DNA of 64,000 bases from Chloroflexota bacterium (GCA_016191435.1 JACPOQ010000028.1:241155-305154), one strand, 5' to 3'. Shown: positions 26,151-35,876, numbered from the stretch's first letter. Program-made: numbers and translations. The notes: generated by a model from the sequence alone, not told the origin.

Positions 26151-29100
26151 ATGAACGAGCTCTTCGGCCTCTCGATGACGTATATCGCCGCCGGCACCGT
26201 GATCGCGACTGCGATCATCCTGCTGTTCGTCGCGCTCATCGCCGTCCGCAACCCCGTGATGTTCAAGATGGGCCTGCGCAATATCCCGCGGCGCAAGGCG
26301 CAGACCGCACTCATCATCGTTGGGCTGATGCTATCGACGCTGATCATCAGCGCAGCGTTTGGGACGGGGGACACGCTCACGAACAGCATCACCTCCGAGG
26401 TCTACGACATGGCGGGCAACGCCGACGAGCTCATCTCGTGGGACGCGGAAAAGCAGCCCGCCCCGGTGGCGCAGCAGACGATCCCGCTTGCGAAGGTGGA
26501 CGAGCTGCGCCAGGAGTTCGCCGGCGACCCCGATATCCAGGCGTTCGTGCCGTTCCTCGATGAACAGATCCCGCTCCAGGATACGCGGACGAAGCTCAAC
26601 GAAGCCTCGCCCCGGCTTGTGGCGTTCCGCACCGATGACGCCAAAGCGCTTGGCGGGCTGCGGGATACCGGCGGCAACACCGTCACTCTGGCGGGCAACG
26701 AAATCGCGGTCAACCAGGACCTGGCGGATGCCATCGACGCGAAGGTGGGAGACACGCTCCTCGCCTTCTACGAAGGGAAGTCCACTGAGTTCAAAGTGAA
26801 AGCCATCGTGCCTTCGACGCTGCTGGGCGGCGCTTTCAATTCGAACGAGAAGAAGGGCGCCGCGGTGGATTTCTCCGTGCTTGCTGGCCTCACGGGCAAG
26901 GCCGAGAACGCCGACGGCGTCTTCGTCTCGAATTACGGTGGAGTCAAGGGTGGGAACGCCCACGCCTCGGCCGCCAGGCAGAAGCTCGAACAGGCGCTGG
27001 CCGGCATGCCCTACCAGGTGGAGACGTTCAAGAAGGACGGCGTCGCCACGGCCGAGCTCATTGGTAATGCGTTCACAACGGTCTTCATCGTGTTCGGGCT
27101 GTTCTCCATCGCAGCCGGCGTGCTCCTTATCTTCCTCATCTTCGTGATGCTCGCGGCGGAGAGGAAACCGGAGATGGGCATGGCTCGCGCCGTCGGTGCC
27201 AAACGGCGCCAGATCGTCGAATCGTTCCTGTCCGAAGGGATGGGGTATGACCTCGGTTCGGCCGTCGTGGGTCTCGTCGCGGGGATGGCAGTAACGCTGG
27301 CGATGGTGCAAATCATCAAGTCGGGCGCCGGGGACAACCTGGGGGTGGACCTCGCGGTGACCTTCACCGTGCGCAGCATGGTTGTCGCGTTCTCCCTCGG
27401 CGTGATCGCGACGTTCCTCGTAATCTTCATCTCCTCCTGGCGCGCGAGCCGGCTGAACATCACGTCGGCGATCCGCGACCTGCCAGAAAGCAAGGCCCCC
27501 AACCCCGAATCCGAGACGTGGATGGGGTATTACCGCGCGGCGCTGAACGGCATGGTGGCGCTTGCCCTGCCGGTCGGCTTCTCACTCTTTCTGCTCGGGC
27601 CGACAGGTATGCTCCTGGGCCTGCCACTCGTGCTCATCGGGCTCGTGAGCCCGTGGTTCTACCTGCTGCGCGGCTCCAACGTCGCGCTGCCGCGCGAGCT
27701 GCGGCTCGATCAAGGCCCGCCGAGATGGCCGTGGATCCTTGGCCTCTCATTGATTGGGATCGGCTGGGTCCTGGTCCTGCCCTGGTACTTCATCGCCCTC
27801 GGCCTTGTCGTACTGGTGCGCGACCGGAAGCCGCGCGGGCTCGCGACATGGATGCCGGCCGCCGGCATCCTGGTGCCGCCATTCGGTTTCGTGCTCGTCC
27901 TGCTCCAGCATTCCCGCGTGCGCATTAACTGGAGCGCAGGCGTGGCCTTCGCCTTCGCCGTCGCGGGTCTTGCGCTGTTCTATGCCGGACTGGACCGGAA
28001 CAGCTCGTTCTTCTTCTTCCTCGGTGCCTCGCTGCTGTTCCTCTGGGCTGCGGTCACGCTGCGCTACTTCGGCGTGAACGAACGCGCGTCCTTCACGGTC
28101 ACCAGTTCGCTGCTGCTGGTGCTGTGGTACCTGCCGAGCAGTGTGTACGAAAAGGTCGTTGGACCGCTGAACGGCGACATCGAGATGTTCTTCCTCAGCG
28201 GGTTGGTGATGGTCACGGCCGGCGTCTTCATCATCGTCTACAACGCCGATATCGTGCTGCCTGCCATCGCGCGTCTCGGGTCGCGCTTCGGGCGAATTCT
28301 TCCTGCGATCAAGACGGGCGTCGCCTACCCCCTCACATCCCGCTTCCGCACGGGTATGACGATGATCATGATCGGGCTGATCATGTTCTCGCTCGTGATG
28401 ATGGCCACCTTGAACGCGAACTTCTCGGCCGTCTTCCTCAACTCGGATACCAAGGGCGGCTTCGATGACGTGCTCCAGGTGAACAACAACAACAACATCC
28501 CCAGCATCAAGGAGGCCATCGCCGACACCGGGACCGACACATCGCCCATCAAGGCCACCGGCGAACTTCGGGTCGCATACCCGTCCGAAGCGCAAGTCGA
28601 AAACAAGGACCGCAATGTTTCAGGCGGGAAAGTCAACGATTACAGCCGCTACACGATCTTTGGCGCCGACCAGGGCTTCCTCGAGGCGACTGCCCTGCCG
28701 ATAAAATACCGCGCCGCCGGGTACGAATCCGACCGCGCCATCTGGGATGCCATGGCGAAGGATGCAAAGCTTGCGGTGATCCCCGCCTCCCTCCTGGCGG
28801 GTGGCCACGACCCCTTCGGGGGCGATGACACGCTCCTCGCGCTGGACCCGGCGCGGGCGAAGGACAATTTCGAACCGTTCACCCTGAACCTTCGCGATCC
28901 CGGGACAGGGACCGTCACGACCGTGACCGTGATCGGGGTCATGAAGGAAGCCGCCGACACGTTCCTGGTCCTTGGAGCCCCCGCCAGCGACGGCACCGGC
29001 GGAATGATCACGGGCAAGCGGACCCTGCTCGATACCTTCCCGGGATCGCAGGGGCAGCGTTTCTATCTCGCCCTGAAGCCAGGGACGGACGCCGACGCCT

Positions 29101-29594
29101 ACGCCAAGAAGGTCGAGGCGGGGCTCGTCCAGGCGTCCGCGGATTCGCTCCAGAAGCTCCTCGATGAGCAGCAGGCGATCCAAAACGCCTTCCTCCTCGT
29201 TATCCAGGGGTTCATGGGCCTCGGCCTGATTGTCGGCATTGCCGCCCTCGCGGTGGTGGCGTCGCGTGCGGTGGTCGAGCGGCGCCAGCAGATCGGCATG
29301 CTGCGCGCGATCGGTTACCAGCGCGGCATGGTCGCCCTGAGCTTCCTCTTCGAGTCCGGGTTTATCTCGCTGTCGGGCATCTTCCTCGGGCTGGGGCTCG
29401 GCGTATCGCTCGCGTGGGTTATCTTCACCGATGGCAACGCAGGCACCGACACCTCCGGCGCAGGCTTCATCGTGCCGTGGGTGCGGCTCGGCGTCATCGC
29501 CGGCATCGCCTTCGGCGCATCGATGCTCATGACCTATCTGCCGGCGCGCAGCGCCTCCAAGGTGCCGATCGCGGAGGCCCTCCGCTACGAGTAA
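26151..29594 (+). CDS. Giant double-FtsX ABC permease P3 (1147 aa) with extra central polytopic region
   Basis: ATG lies 1 nt after the ATPase stop. FtsX motifs LAAERKPEMGMARAVGAKRRQI and VVERRQQIGMLRAIGYQRGMV. About 8 additional hydrophobic helices between them. Confidence 0.9.
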   Translation: MNELFGLSMTYIAAGTVIATAIILLFVALIAVRNPVMFKMGLRNIPRRKAQTALIIVGLMLSTLIISAAFGTGDTLTNSITSEVYDMAGNADELISWDAEKQPAPVAQQTIPLAKVDELRQEFAGDPDIQAFVPFLDEQIPLQDTRTKLNEASPRLVAFRTDDAKALGGLRDTGGNTVTLAGNEIAVNQDLADAIDAKVGDTLLAFYEGKSTEFKVKAIVPSTLLGGAFNSNEKKGAAVDFSVLAGLTGKAENADGVFVSNYGGVKGGNAHASAARQKLEQALAGMPYQVETFKKDGVATAELIGNAFTTVFIVFGLFSIAAGVLLIFLIFVMLAAERKPEMGMARAVGAKRRQIVESFLSEGMGYDLGSAVVGLVAGMAVTLAMVQIIKSGAGDNLGVDLAVTFTVRSMVVAFSLGVIATFLVIFISSWRASRLNITSAIRDLPESKAPNPESETWMGYYRAALNGMVALALPVGFSLFLLGPTGMLLGLPLVLIGLVSPWFYLLRGSNVALPRELRLDQGPPRWPWILGLSLIGIGWVLVLPWYFIALGLVVLVRDRKPRGLATWMPAAGILVPPFGFVLVLLQHSRVRINWSAGVAFAFAVAGLALFYAGLDRNSSFFFFLGASLLFLWAAVTLRYFGVNERASFTVTSSLLLVLWYLPSSVYEKVVGPLNGDIEMFFLSGLVMVTAGVFIIVYNADIVLPAIARLGSRFGRILPAIKTGVAYPLTSRFRTGMTMIMIGLIMFSLVMMATLNANFSAVFLNSDTKGGFDDVLQVNNNNNIPSIKEAIADTGTDTSPIKATGELRVAYPSEAQVENKDRNVSGGKVNDYSRYTIFGADQGFLEATALPIKYRAAGYESDRAIWDAMAKDAKLAVIPASLLAGGHDPFGGDDTLLALDPARAKDNFEPFTLNLRDPGTGTVTTVTVIGVMKEAADTFLVLGAPASDGTGGMITGKRTLLDTFPGSQGQRFYLALKPGTDADAYAKKVEAGLVQASADSLQKLLDEQQAIQNAFLLVIQGFMGLGLIVGIAALAVVASRAVVERRQQIGMLRAIGYQRGMVALSFLFESGFISLSGIFLGLGLGVSLAWVIFTDGNAGTDTSGAGFIVPWVRLGVIAGIAFGASMLMTYLPARSASKVPIAEALRYE
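28482..28496. repeat. (AAC)5 run encoding Asn5 within P3
   Basis: aacaacaacaacaac read directly, in frame (VNNNNNIPS). An AT-rich codon run in a GC-rich gene. Confidence 0.9.
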
Positions 29595-29625
29595 TGCCCG
29601 GACGAAGCCGGTCCCTGCGGGCGGT

Positions 29626-30039
29626 TCAGCGCGCGGGGACCGGCGCCGGCGCCCAGAGCGCCATCAGGAACCCGTCCGGCCCCATGACCTGGCACTCAAT
29701 TGTCCCTTCGACTTCGTTTGGCGGTTGGATCGACAGGCCACCCATCGCCAGCGCGTGGGAGAATGCGGCCGAAGCGTCATCAACCCGGAGGCGAATCTCC
29801 GCCCCGATGCCGCGGGCGACGCCTTCTCGCGCGAGCGCGGTGTACCAGGGGTGGCCGCGGTAGGCCTCGTCGCCGTGGACGATGAGGCGCGAATCGCCCA
29901 GGCGCAGGGCAGCGTAGCCCGGGTGCATCGCCTCCACCGCGACCCCCGCCACGCGCTCGAGGAATCGTACCAGCCCCGGGATGTCCGTCGACCAGAGGAC
30001 CAGGCTCAGGTCCGCTTCGCCATCCATGCAGCGCACCAC
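29626..30039 (-). CDS. VOC (glyoxalase/bleomycin-resistance fold) family protein
   Basis: About 135 aa. beta-alpha-beta-beta-beta-like pattern LSLVLWSTDI...FLERVAG, ...ECQVMGPDGFLMALW. GTG 30039 or ATG 30027. Confidence 0.6.
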   Translation of the reverse strand: MVRCMDGEADLSLVLWSTDIPGLVRFLERVAGVAVEAMHPGYAALRLGDSRLIVHGDEAYRGHPWYTALAREGVARGIGAEIRLRVDDASAAFSHALAMGGLSIQPPNEVEGTIECQVMGPDGFLMALWAPAPVPAR

Positions 30040-30145
30040 ACTCCCCGCCTGGCGCAGTATAAGCCAGGGTCAAGTGTTAAGGCACCAGCTCGCCATAACG
30101 TGCGCCACCATCGGGCAGACGACCGGTTTTGGACCCACGCGGGAG

Positions 30146-30550
30146 TCAGGCCGGGCGGAAGTTGGGGACGGCAACGTCCTCGTGGCGCTCCCAATCGACC
30201 ACAACCGGCATCCCGACGCGGATGTCCGCGTCCCCGATGCCGACGATGTTCGTGACGATCCGCGGGCCTTCCTCCAACTCCACGAAGGCGAGATTGTACG
30301 GCACCGTGAACGCCGGGTGGTACTGGCGATGCATGACCCCGAACGTTCGCACAACGCCGCGCCCGCTCGCCTCCACCCAGTCCGTGTTGGCAGAAAGGCA
30401 GACGTCGCAGTGCTGGCGCGAGGGGATGCGCATGGCGCCGCAATCGGCGCACTTCATGAGCATCAGCTTGCCGAGCATGGCGCCGTCGAAGAATGGCTTC
30501 GAGGCCTCGTCGGCCTCGGGGAGGGGACGCGTGGCAGCGTCTTCAGCCAT
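30146..30550 (-). CDS. DUF35 Zn-ribbon/OB-fold protein (thiolase partner)
   Basis: CADCGAMRIPSRQHCDVC (CxxC...CxxC) followed by an OB-like YNLAFVELEEGPRIVTNIVG. ATG 30550, 2 nt after the thiolase stop. Confidence 0.8.
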   Translation of the reverse strand: MAEDAATRPLPEADEASKPFFDGAMLGKLMLMKCADCGAMRIPSRQHCDVCLSANTDWVEASGRGVVRTFGVMHRQYHPAFTVPYNLAFVELEEGPRIVTNIVGIGDADIRVGMPVVVDWERHEDVAVPNFRPA

Positions 30551-30552
30551 GG

Positions 30553-31740
30553 CTAACTCCTGTGGGGGCTGAGGATGAGGGCCCCGTGATAGCTGAGGGT
30601 GCCGCCGTTGCCCGTACAGAGGATCGCGTCGTTCTTCACTTGCCGCTCGCCGCCCTGCCCGCGGCCCTGGATGACAGCTTCGCTTAGCGGCGTCATGCCC
30701 CACATGTAGTAGCCGGAGAGCTCCCCGCCGCCGGTGTTCGTCGGCAGGCTTCCGCCCGGGCCGAGCTTGCCATCCTGGACGAAAGGGCCGCCCTCGCCTT
30801 TCTTGCAGAAGCCGTAGTCTTCCAGCGTGACGACGACCGTGTACGTGTAGCAGTCGTACAGCTCGCAGCAGGTGATGTCCTGCGGGCCAAGTCCAGCCAT
30901 GCCGAACGCCGTCTGCGCGGCGATCTTTGCGCCGGATTCGGTCTCCCAGTTGGAGCCGGCCCGGAGCGGGTCGCCAGGGTGGCCCTGGCCCATGCCCCAC
31001 ACGTATACGGGCGGCTGCGCCAGGTCCGCGGCGCGGTCGGCGGCGCTGACGATGACAGCGACGGCGCCGTTGGAAACGAGGCAGCAATCGAGCAGATGCA
31101 GCGGCTCGATAATCCAGCGGGAAGCGTGGTAGTCCGCGAGCGTCATCGGCTCCCGCATCTGCGCGCGCGGGTTCATGGTTGCCCACGCGCGCTCGGCGAC
31201 GGCCACGGCACCGAGCTGGTCGTGGTTCGTGCCATAGAGGTCCATATGGCGGCGCGTCGCCAGCGCATACGAGGTGTTGGCGCCGTAGAAGCCGGCATGG
31301 GCATAGAGCGCGGCCATGCCTTTCGGGCGCGAAGGGCGGGCAGGCCCGCCATAGGCTGCACCCGTGGACTTCCCTTCGACCAGGGGCGCATCGGCGAAGA
31401 CGCAAACGACGTTCGTGGCCATCCCGGCGGCGATCGCGAGGCTGGCGTACTGGACCATTTGCGCGGCCGTTGAGCCCGCGGCGTTCATGTGGTTCAGAAG
31501 CCGCAAATCCTGCAGCCCGAGGTAGTTCTGGAGGCTGAGGTTGATGCCGTGGCCCGTGCTCCCGGTGATCCCCGCGTTGATGAGCAGGCCATCGATTTCG
31601 GACTTTTTCAGGCCGGAATCCTGGATGGCCTCACGCACGGCGTCGGCGGCCAGTTCGGTGGCGGACTTCCCGAAGATGCGGCCCATCGGCGTGATCCCAA
31701 GGCCGGTAATTGCGGTGGCGCCGCGAGCTGGATGTGGCAT
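30553..31740 (-). CDS. Thiolase-fold protein (SCP-x / lipid-transfer-type thiolase)
   Basis: 395 aa. ITGLGITPMGR, AAGSTAAQMV, CELYDCYTYTVVVTLEDYGFC, NTGGG. Classic pairing with DUF35. Confidence 0.85.
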   Translation of the reverse strand: MPHPARGATAITGLGITPMGRIFGKSATELAADAVREAIQDSGLKKSEIDGLLINAGITGSTGHGINLSLQNYLGLQDLRLLNHMNAAGSTAAQMVQYASLAIAAGMATNVVCVFADAPLVEGKSTGAAYGGPARPSRPKGMAALYAHAGFYGANTSYALATRRHMDLYGTNHDQLGAVAVAERAWATMNPRAQMREPMTLADYHASRWIIEPLHLLDCCLVSNGAVAVIVSAADRAADLAQPPVYVWGMGQGHPGDPLRAGSNWETESGAKIAAQTAFGMAGLGPQDITCCELYDCYTYTVVVTLEDYGFCKKGEGGPFVQDGKLGPGGSLPTNTGGGELSGYYMWGMTPLSEAVIQGRGQGGERQVKNDAILCTGNGGTLSYHGALILSPHRS

Positions 31741-31878
31741 GGCTTCTCCTCGAAGCCGATTCTAGGGAGGCTTGTGCTGATTGGCCATTCGGCGAGACGG
31801 CGTTGGGCATTGGCAGAGTTGTGCAGGTTGGCGGTAGCGGGCTCCGCCGGCAGGCCATCGCCACTGCTCTCGCCAGGG

Positions 31879-32001
31879 TTCAAACCGGATCCATCCGGCC
31901 AACGCCCAACAGCCAATGGCCTACAGTTCAGACCGGATCCATCGGTAGCCGTCGCTCGCTTTCCGGCCAACGCCCGACGCCCAACAGCCAATGCCCTACA
32001 G
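31879..32001. repeat. Imperfect tandem direct repeat (48-nt unit followed by a 75-nt expanded unit)
   Basis: Unit 1 (31879-31926) is ttcaaaccggatccatc + cggccaacgcccaacagccaatggcctacag. Unit 2 (31927-32001) has the same ends with a 20-nt insert and a 7-nt internal duplication. Its last bases include the MBL stop codon. Confidence 0.85.
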
Positions 32002-32730
32002 CCGGTACGTCTTGAAGTCCTGCGCGACGACCGTGTGGGCGAGGCCGTTGGCGTCCACATCCGGGGTGATGTGCGTGAGGATCAACTGCGAGCCGGGGGG
32101 GAGGGCCGCCCGCACTTTCGGCATGTCGTCGATCAGGTTCATGTGGATGGGGATGTTGGCGTCTCGCGAGGCGCATTCGCTGATGAGCAATTCGCTTCCG
32201 CGAGCGATATCGAGGACGGCATCGCACATGCGCGTATCGCCGGTGTAGCCGAAGCGGCGGCCGTGGTAGCGGAACGCATACCCGAGCGTGGCGCTCAACT
32301 GGTCGTCGTGGATGACAGCGTGGGGCTCGATTTCGAGGCCGTCCACGCGGCACAGCGTCCCGGGCTCGGCCTCGACCCATTCGATGTCGTACGAGATGCA
32401 TTCGAGCACGCCGGGAAAGACCTTTTCCGCGATGTCTTTGGAGAGCGCTTCCGTGTTCTTCGGCCCGACGATGCGGACCGGGCGCGTGCGGCCCTTCCAC
32501 TTCCAGTGCAGCAGCAGGAACGGCAGGCCGAGGAAGTGGTCGCCGTGGTGGTGGCTGAGCACGACGGCATCGAGCTCATTCGCATCGATCCCGACGGTAT
32601 TTAGCGAGCTGAGCGCCTGCGGGGGGGCCTCGAGGAGGATGCGGTCATCGAGTACGAACCCATTGCAGCAGAGTCCGCCCGGCGAGAACGCGTTCCCGCT
32701 GCCGATGAAAGTGAACCGTAGGTCGTGCAT
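31996..32730 (-). CDS. MBL-fold metallo-hydrolase (RNase Z/ElaC-like short form)
   Basis: FIGSGNAF, LSHHHGDHFLGLPFLL. Confidence 0.85.
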   Translation of the reverse strand: MHDLRFTFIGSGNAFSPGGLCCNGFVLDDRILLEAPPQALSSLNTVGIDANELDAVVLSHHHGDHFLGLPFLLLHWKWKGRTRPVRIVGPKNTEALSKDIAEKVFPGVLECISYDIEWVEAEPGTLCRVDGLEIEPHAVIHDDQLSATLGYAFRYHGRRFGYTGDTRMCDAVLDIARGSELLISECASRDANIPIHMNLIDDMPKVRAALPPGSQLILTHITPDVDANGLAHTVVAQDFKTYRL

Positions 32731-32794
32731 CCGTTGTCCACTATACCTGTCGCCCGGCCGCGGTCACTATGAACCAGATCGCAGTTTACGCGCT

Positions 32795-33856
32795 ATGGCG
32801 TGCATCGGCAGGAACGGCCACAATCCTTGGGTGGTGTACCGCGTCGGCATCATCAACGTGACGGGTTTCGCGGGCATGGAAGCGGCGCGCCTGCTCTGGA
32901 ATCACCCCCTGGCGAAGCTCACCGCCATCACCGGCCGTTCGCTCGCCGGGCAGCGGCTCGGCGATGCGTTTCCCCACCTCGCCGTGTACGGCGATACCCC
33001 GATAACCGCCGAAATCGAGGGCGAGGTCGACCTCGTGATGTCGGCGTTGCCGACCGCGGCGAGCGCCGAGGCGTGCCTGCCGTTCGTGCGCCAGGGCATC
33101 CCCGTCATCGATATCGCCGCGGACTTCCGGCTGAAGGACCCCGCCGCCTTCAAGGAGTGGTTTGGGCAGCCGCACGCCGCGCCCGAGTTGCTCGCCTCCG
33201 CGGTCTACGGATTGCCCGAGCTGAACCGCGAGGCGATCCGCGGTGCGCGACTGGTGGCGAACCCCGGCTGCTACCCGGCCGCCTCAATCCTCGCGCTTGC
33301 GCCCGCAGTGGCCGCCGGCCTTGTCGCCGGCACGTTCATTGTTGACGCGAAGTCGGGCATCTCCGGCGCCGGTCGCGGGAGCGGCGGCAGCTTCGGCTAT
33401 AGCGAGGTGAACGAGGACGTCTCCGCCTACAAGATTGGCAAGCACAACCACCAGCCGGAGATTGCGCAGGAACTTGCGGCTCTGCGCGAAGCGCCCGCGC
33501 CGAAAGTCACCTTCGTCCCACATCTCGTGCCGATGACGCGCGGCATCCACGCGACCTGCTACGCACCGCTCGTGCGCGGAGTCACGGATGCGGAGGTGAT
33601 GGCCATCTACCGGGACTTCTACGCCGATGCGCCCTTCACCCGCGTCTCGGCGAAGCCGCCGCACACCAAGCACACGCTCGGGAACAATATGTGCCTCGTG
33701 CACCCGGCAATCGATGAGCGCAACGGCATGCTGGTCGCGATTGGCGTGCTCGACAACCTGGTGAAAGGCGCGGCCGGCCAGGCCATCGAGAACATGAACC
33801 TGATGCTCGGGCTGCCCCAGACGAGCGGTCTCGACCTCCCGGCGGTCTACCCGTGA
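32795..33856 (+). CDS. argC: N-acetyl-gamma-glutamyl-phosphate reductase
   Basis: GIINVTGFAGMEAARLL, ANPGCYPAASILALAP, VLDNLVKGAAGQAIENMN. Confidence 0.93.
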   Translation: MACIGRNGHNPWVVYRVGIINVTGFAGMEAARLLWNHPLAKLTAITGRSLAGQRLGDAFPHLAVYGDTPITAEIEGEVDLVMSALPTAASAEACLPFVRQGIPVIDIAADFRLKDPAAFKEWFGQPHAAPELLASAVYGLPELNREAIRGARLVANPGCYPAASILALAPAVAAGLVAGTFIVDAKSGISGAGRGSGGSFGYSEVNEDVSAYKIGKHNHQPEIAQELAALREAPAPKVTFVPHLVPMTRGIHATCYAPLVRGVTDAEVMAIYRDFYADAPFTRVSAKPPHTKHTLGNNMCLVHPAIDERNGMLVAIGVLDNLVKGAAGQAIENMNLMLGLPQTSGLDLPAVYP

Positions 33857-35058
33857 GCTTCGCCGTGGACCCCGCCGGCACGGCCACGTCGCCGCTCGGG
33901 TTCAGCGCCGGCGCCACGTTCGCCGGCATCAAGACATACGGCGAGGGCAAGCTCGACCTCGCGATCCTCGCGAGCGATCGCGACTGCGCAGTCGCGGCGA
34001 CGTTCACACGCAACCGCCTGCGGTCGGCGGCGATCGAAGTCAATGTCGCGCGGCTGAAGCAGGGGAGTGGTCGCGGGCGGGGCGTTGTGGTCAACGCAGG
34101 GGTGGCGAATTCGAGCACCGGGCAGCGCGGCGTCGAAGACGGCGAGCGCATGTGCGAGTTGGCGGCGCCAGTTGTTGGCGCCGAGCCAGTGGCCGTGTTC
34201 GTCGGGAGCACGGGCGTGATCGGGCACTTCCTGCCGATGGACAAGCTCGAAGCCGGGATCAAGCGCATCCAGCTTTCGCGCGACGGCGGCCTGGATTTCG
34301 CCCGCGCCATCATGACCACCGACACGCGCACGAAACACGGCGCCGTGCGGTTCGGGCCGTACACGCTCGGAGGATGCTGCAAAGGCTCGGGGATGATCCA
34401 CCCGAATATGGCGACCATGCTCGCCTACCTGACAACAGACGCCCCCGTCGAGGGCACGTTCCTGGCCGGAACGCTTTCGCAGGCCGTCGAGCGCTCGTTC
34501 AACCTTGTCTCGGTCGATGGCGACACCAGCCCTAGCGACACCACGATGCTGTTCGCTAACGGCGCCGCCGGCGGCGAGCCGCTGGACGCGAAGTCGCCGC
34601 TTGCCGGGGAGTTCGCGGCCGCCGTCGAGGCTCTTTGCGTGTACCTCGCGAAGGAGGTCGCGCGCGACGGCGAGGGCGCCACGAAGCTGATGGAAGTGAC
34701 GGTCCGCGGCGCCGCATCGGTGGCCGAGGCGCGCCAATTGGTGCGCGAGATGACGACCTCGTACCTGCTCAAAAGCGCCGTCCACGGCGCCGACCCCAAC
34801 TGGGGGCGCATCGTCGCCGTCATCGGGAGGTCGAAGGTCGCCATCAATGAGCCATTGGTGAGCGTGAGCGTGTGCGGCTACCGCGTGTTCGAGGCGGAGC
34901 AACCCACCGAGCACAACCCGGCCGATGTCGCGGCGGCGATGGGCGGCAAGACCGTCACCATCGAGGTGGACCTCGGCGCAGGCGCTGGCGAAGCAACCGG
35001 CTGGGGCTGCGACCTCACGGCCGAGTACGTCTCGATCAACGCTGATTACCACACATGA
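33853..35058 (+). CDS. argJ: Bifunctional ornithine acetyltransferase / N-acetylglutamate synthase
   Basis: GFSAGATFAGIK, autoprocessing region ATMLAYLTTDAP. GTGA overlap with argC. Confidence 0.93.
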   Translation: MSFAVDPAGTATSPLGFSAGATFAGIKTYGEGKLDLAILASDRDCAVAATFTRNRLRSAAIEVNVARLKQGSGRGRGVVVNAGVANSSTGQRGVEDGERMCELAAPVVGAEPVAVFVGSTGVIGHFLPMDKLEAGIKRIQLSRDGGLDFARAIMTTDTRTKHGAVRFGPYTLGGCCKGSGMIHPNMATMLAYLTTDAPVEGTFLAGTLSQAVERSFNLVSVDGDTSPSDTTMLFANGAAGGEPLDAKSPLAGEFAAAVEALCVYLAKEVARDGEGATKLMEVTVRGAASVAEARQLVREMTTSYLLKSAVHGADPNWGRIVAVIGRSKVAINEPLVSVSVCGYRVFEAEQPTEHNPADVAAAMGGKTVTIEVDLGAGAGEATGWGCDLTAEYVSINADYHT

Positions 35059-35819
35059 GCCGGCCGGTCGTCATCAAGATCGGCGGCAGCACGCTGGGTT
35101 CGACGGATACGGCGTTCGCCGACATTGCAGCAATGGCGCTCGCCGGCGATGTGCCGGTGGTGGTGCATGGCGGTGGGGCGGAGGCGAGCCGCTGGCTCGC
35201 GGCGATGGACATCCCTTCGCGCTTCGAAAACGGCCTGCGAGTGACCGATGAGCAGGTGCTTCCGGTAGTGGTCGCGGTGTTCGCGGGCCTCGTCAACAAA
35301 CGCATCGTCGCCGCCGTCAACGCGGCCGGCGCGGTGGCCGTCGGCCTCTCGGGCGCCGATGGCCGGCTGCTCGAATGCCGGCTGGCCGCCCCGGAGCTCG
35401 GGTTCGTCGGCGAGCCCGTGGCGGTCCACGCCGCCGCGATCACGGCGCTGCGCGAGGCCGGGATCATCCCCGTCATTAGCTCGATTGCGTACGTCCCGGG
35501 CGACGGTGCGGACCAACTGGTCAACGTGAACGCCGATACCGTCGCGGGGGTCATCGCCGCCAGCGTGGGCGCAAGCGAAGTGGTGTTCCTGACCGATGTC
35601 GATGGCGTGCGCGGCGCCGACGGCAAGGTGATCGGCGAGCTCGGCGTCGCCGAGGCCCGCCGCCTGATCGAGGATGGGGTTGTCAGCGGCGGCATGATAC
35701 CGAAGGTGGAAGCCTGCCTGCATGCGGCCGAGCTTGGCGTCCCGGCCCGCATCGTCGATGGCCGCGTGCCACATGCGCTGACGAGACGCGCCGGCCGTGG
35801 GACGCGCGTCACGACATGA
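35055..35819 (+). CDS. argB: Acetylglutamate kinase
   Basis: VVIKIGGS, VVVHGGG, NVNADTVAG. ATGA overlap with argJ. Confidence 0.93.
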   Translation: MSRPVVIKIGGSTLGSTDTAFADIAAMALAGDVPVVVHGGGAEASRWLAAMDIPSRFENGLRVTDEQVLPVVVAVFAGLVNKRIVAAVNAAGAVAVGLSGADGRLLECRLAAPELGFVGEPVAVHAAAITALREAGIIPVISSIAYVPGDGADQLVNVNADTVAGVIAASVGASEVVFLTDVDGVRGADGKVIGELGVAEARRLIEDGVVSGGMIPKVEACLHAAELGVPARIVDGRVPHALTRRAGRGTRVTT

Positions 35820-35876
35820 TCGGCTGTTAACATTATCGCGGTAGCGTTCCGGCGGCCCGCGAGCGGTTGACAGCCG

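Noticed and set aside
30146-31405. 419-aa minus ORF spanning the DUF35 gene and part of the thiolase
   Set aside because: Only the last 134 aa (from ATG 30550) look like a protein (Zn ribbon plus OB fold). The upstream part overlaps the thiolase in another frame and is Arg/Pro-rich noise.
31879-32001. Possible CRISPR array
   Set aside because: There are only two adjacent units with no spacers, the units differ in length, and no cas genes are present.
33847-35052. 401-aa minus-strand ORF
   Set aside because: Exactly mirrors argJ. It has no motifs and is a shadow frame.
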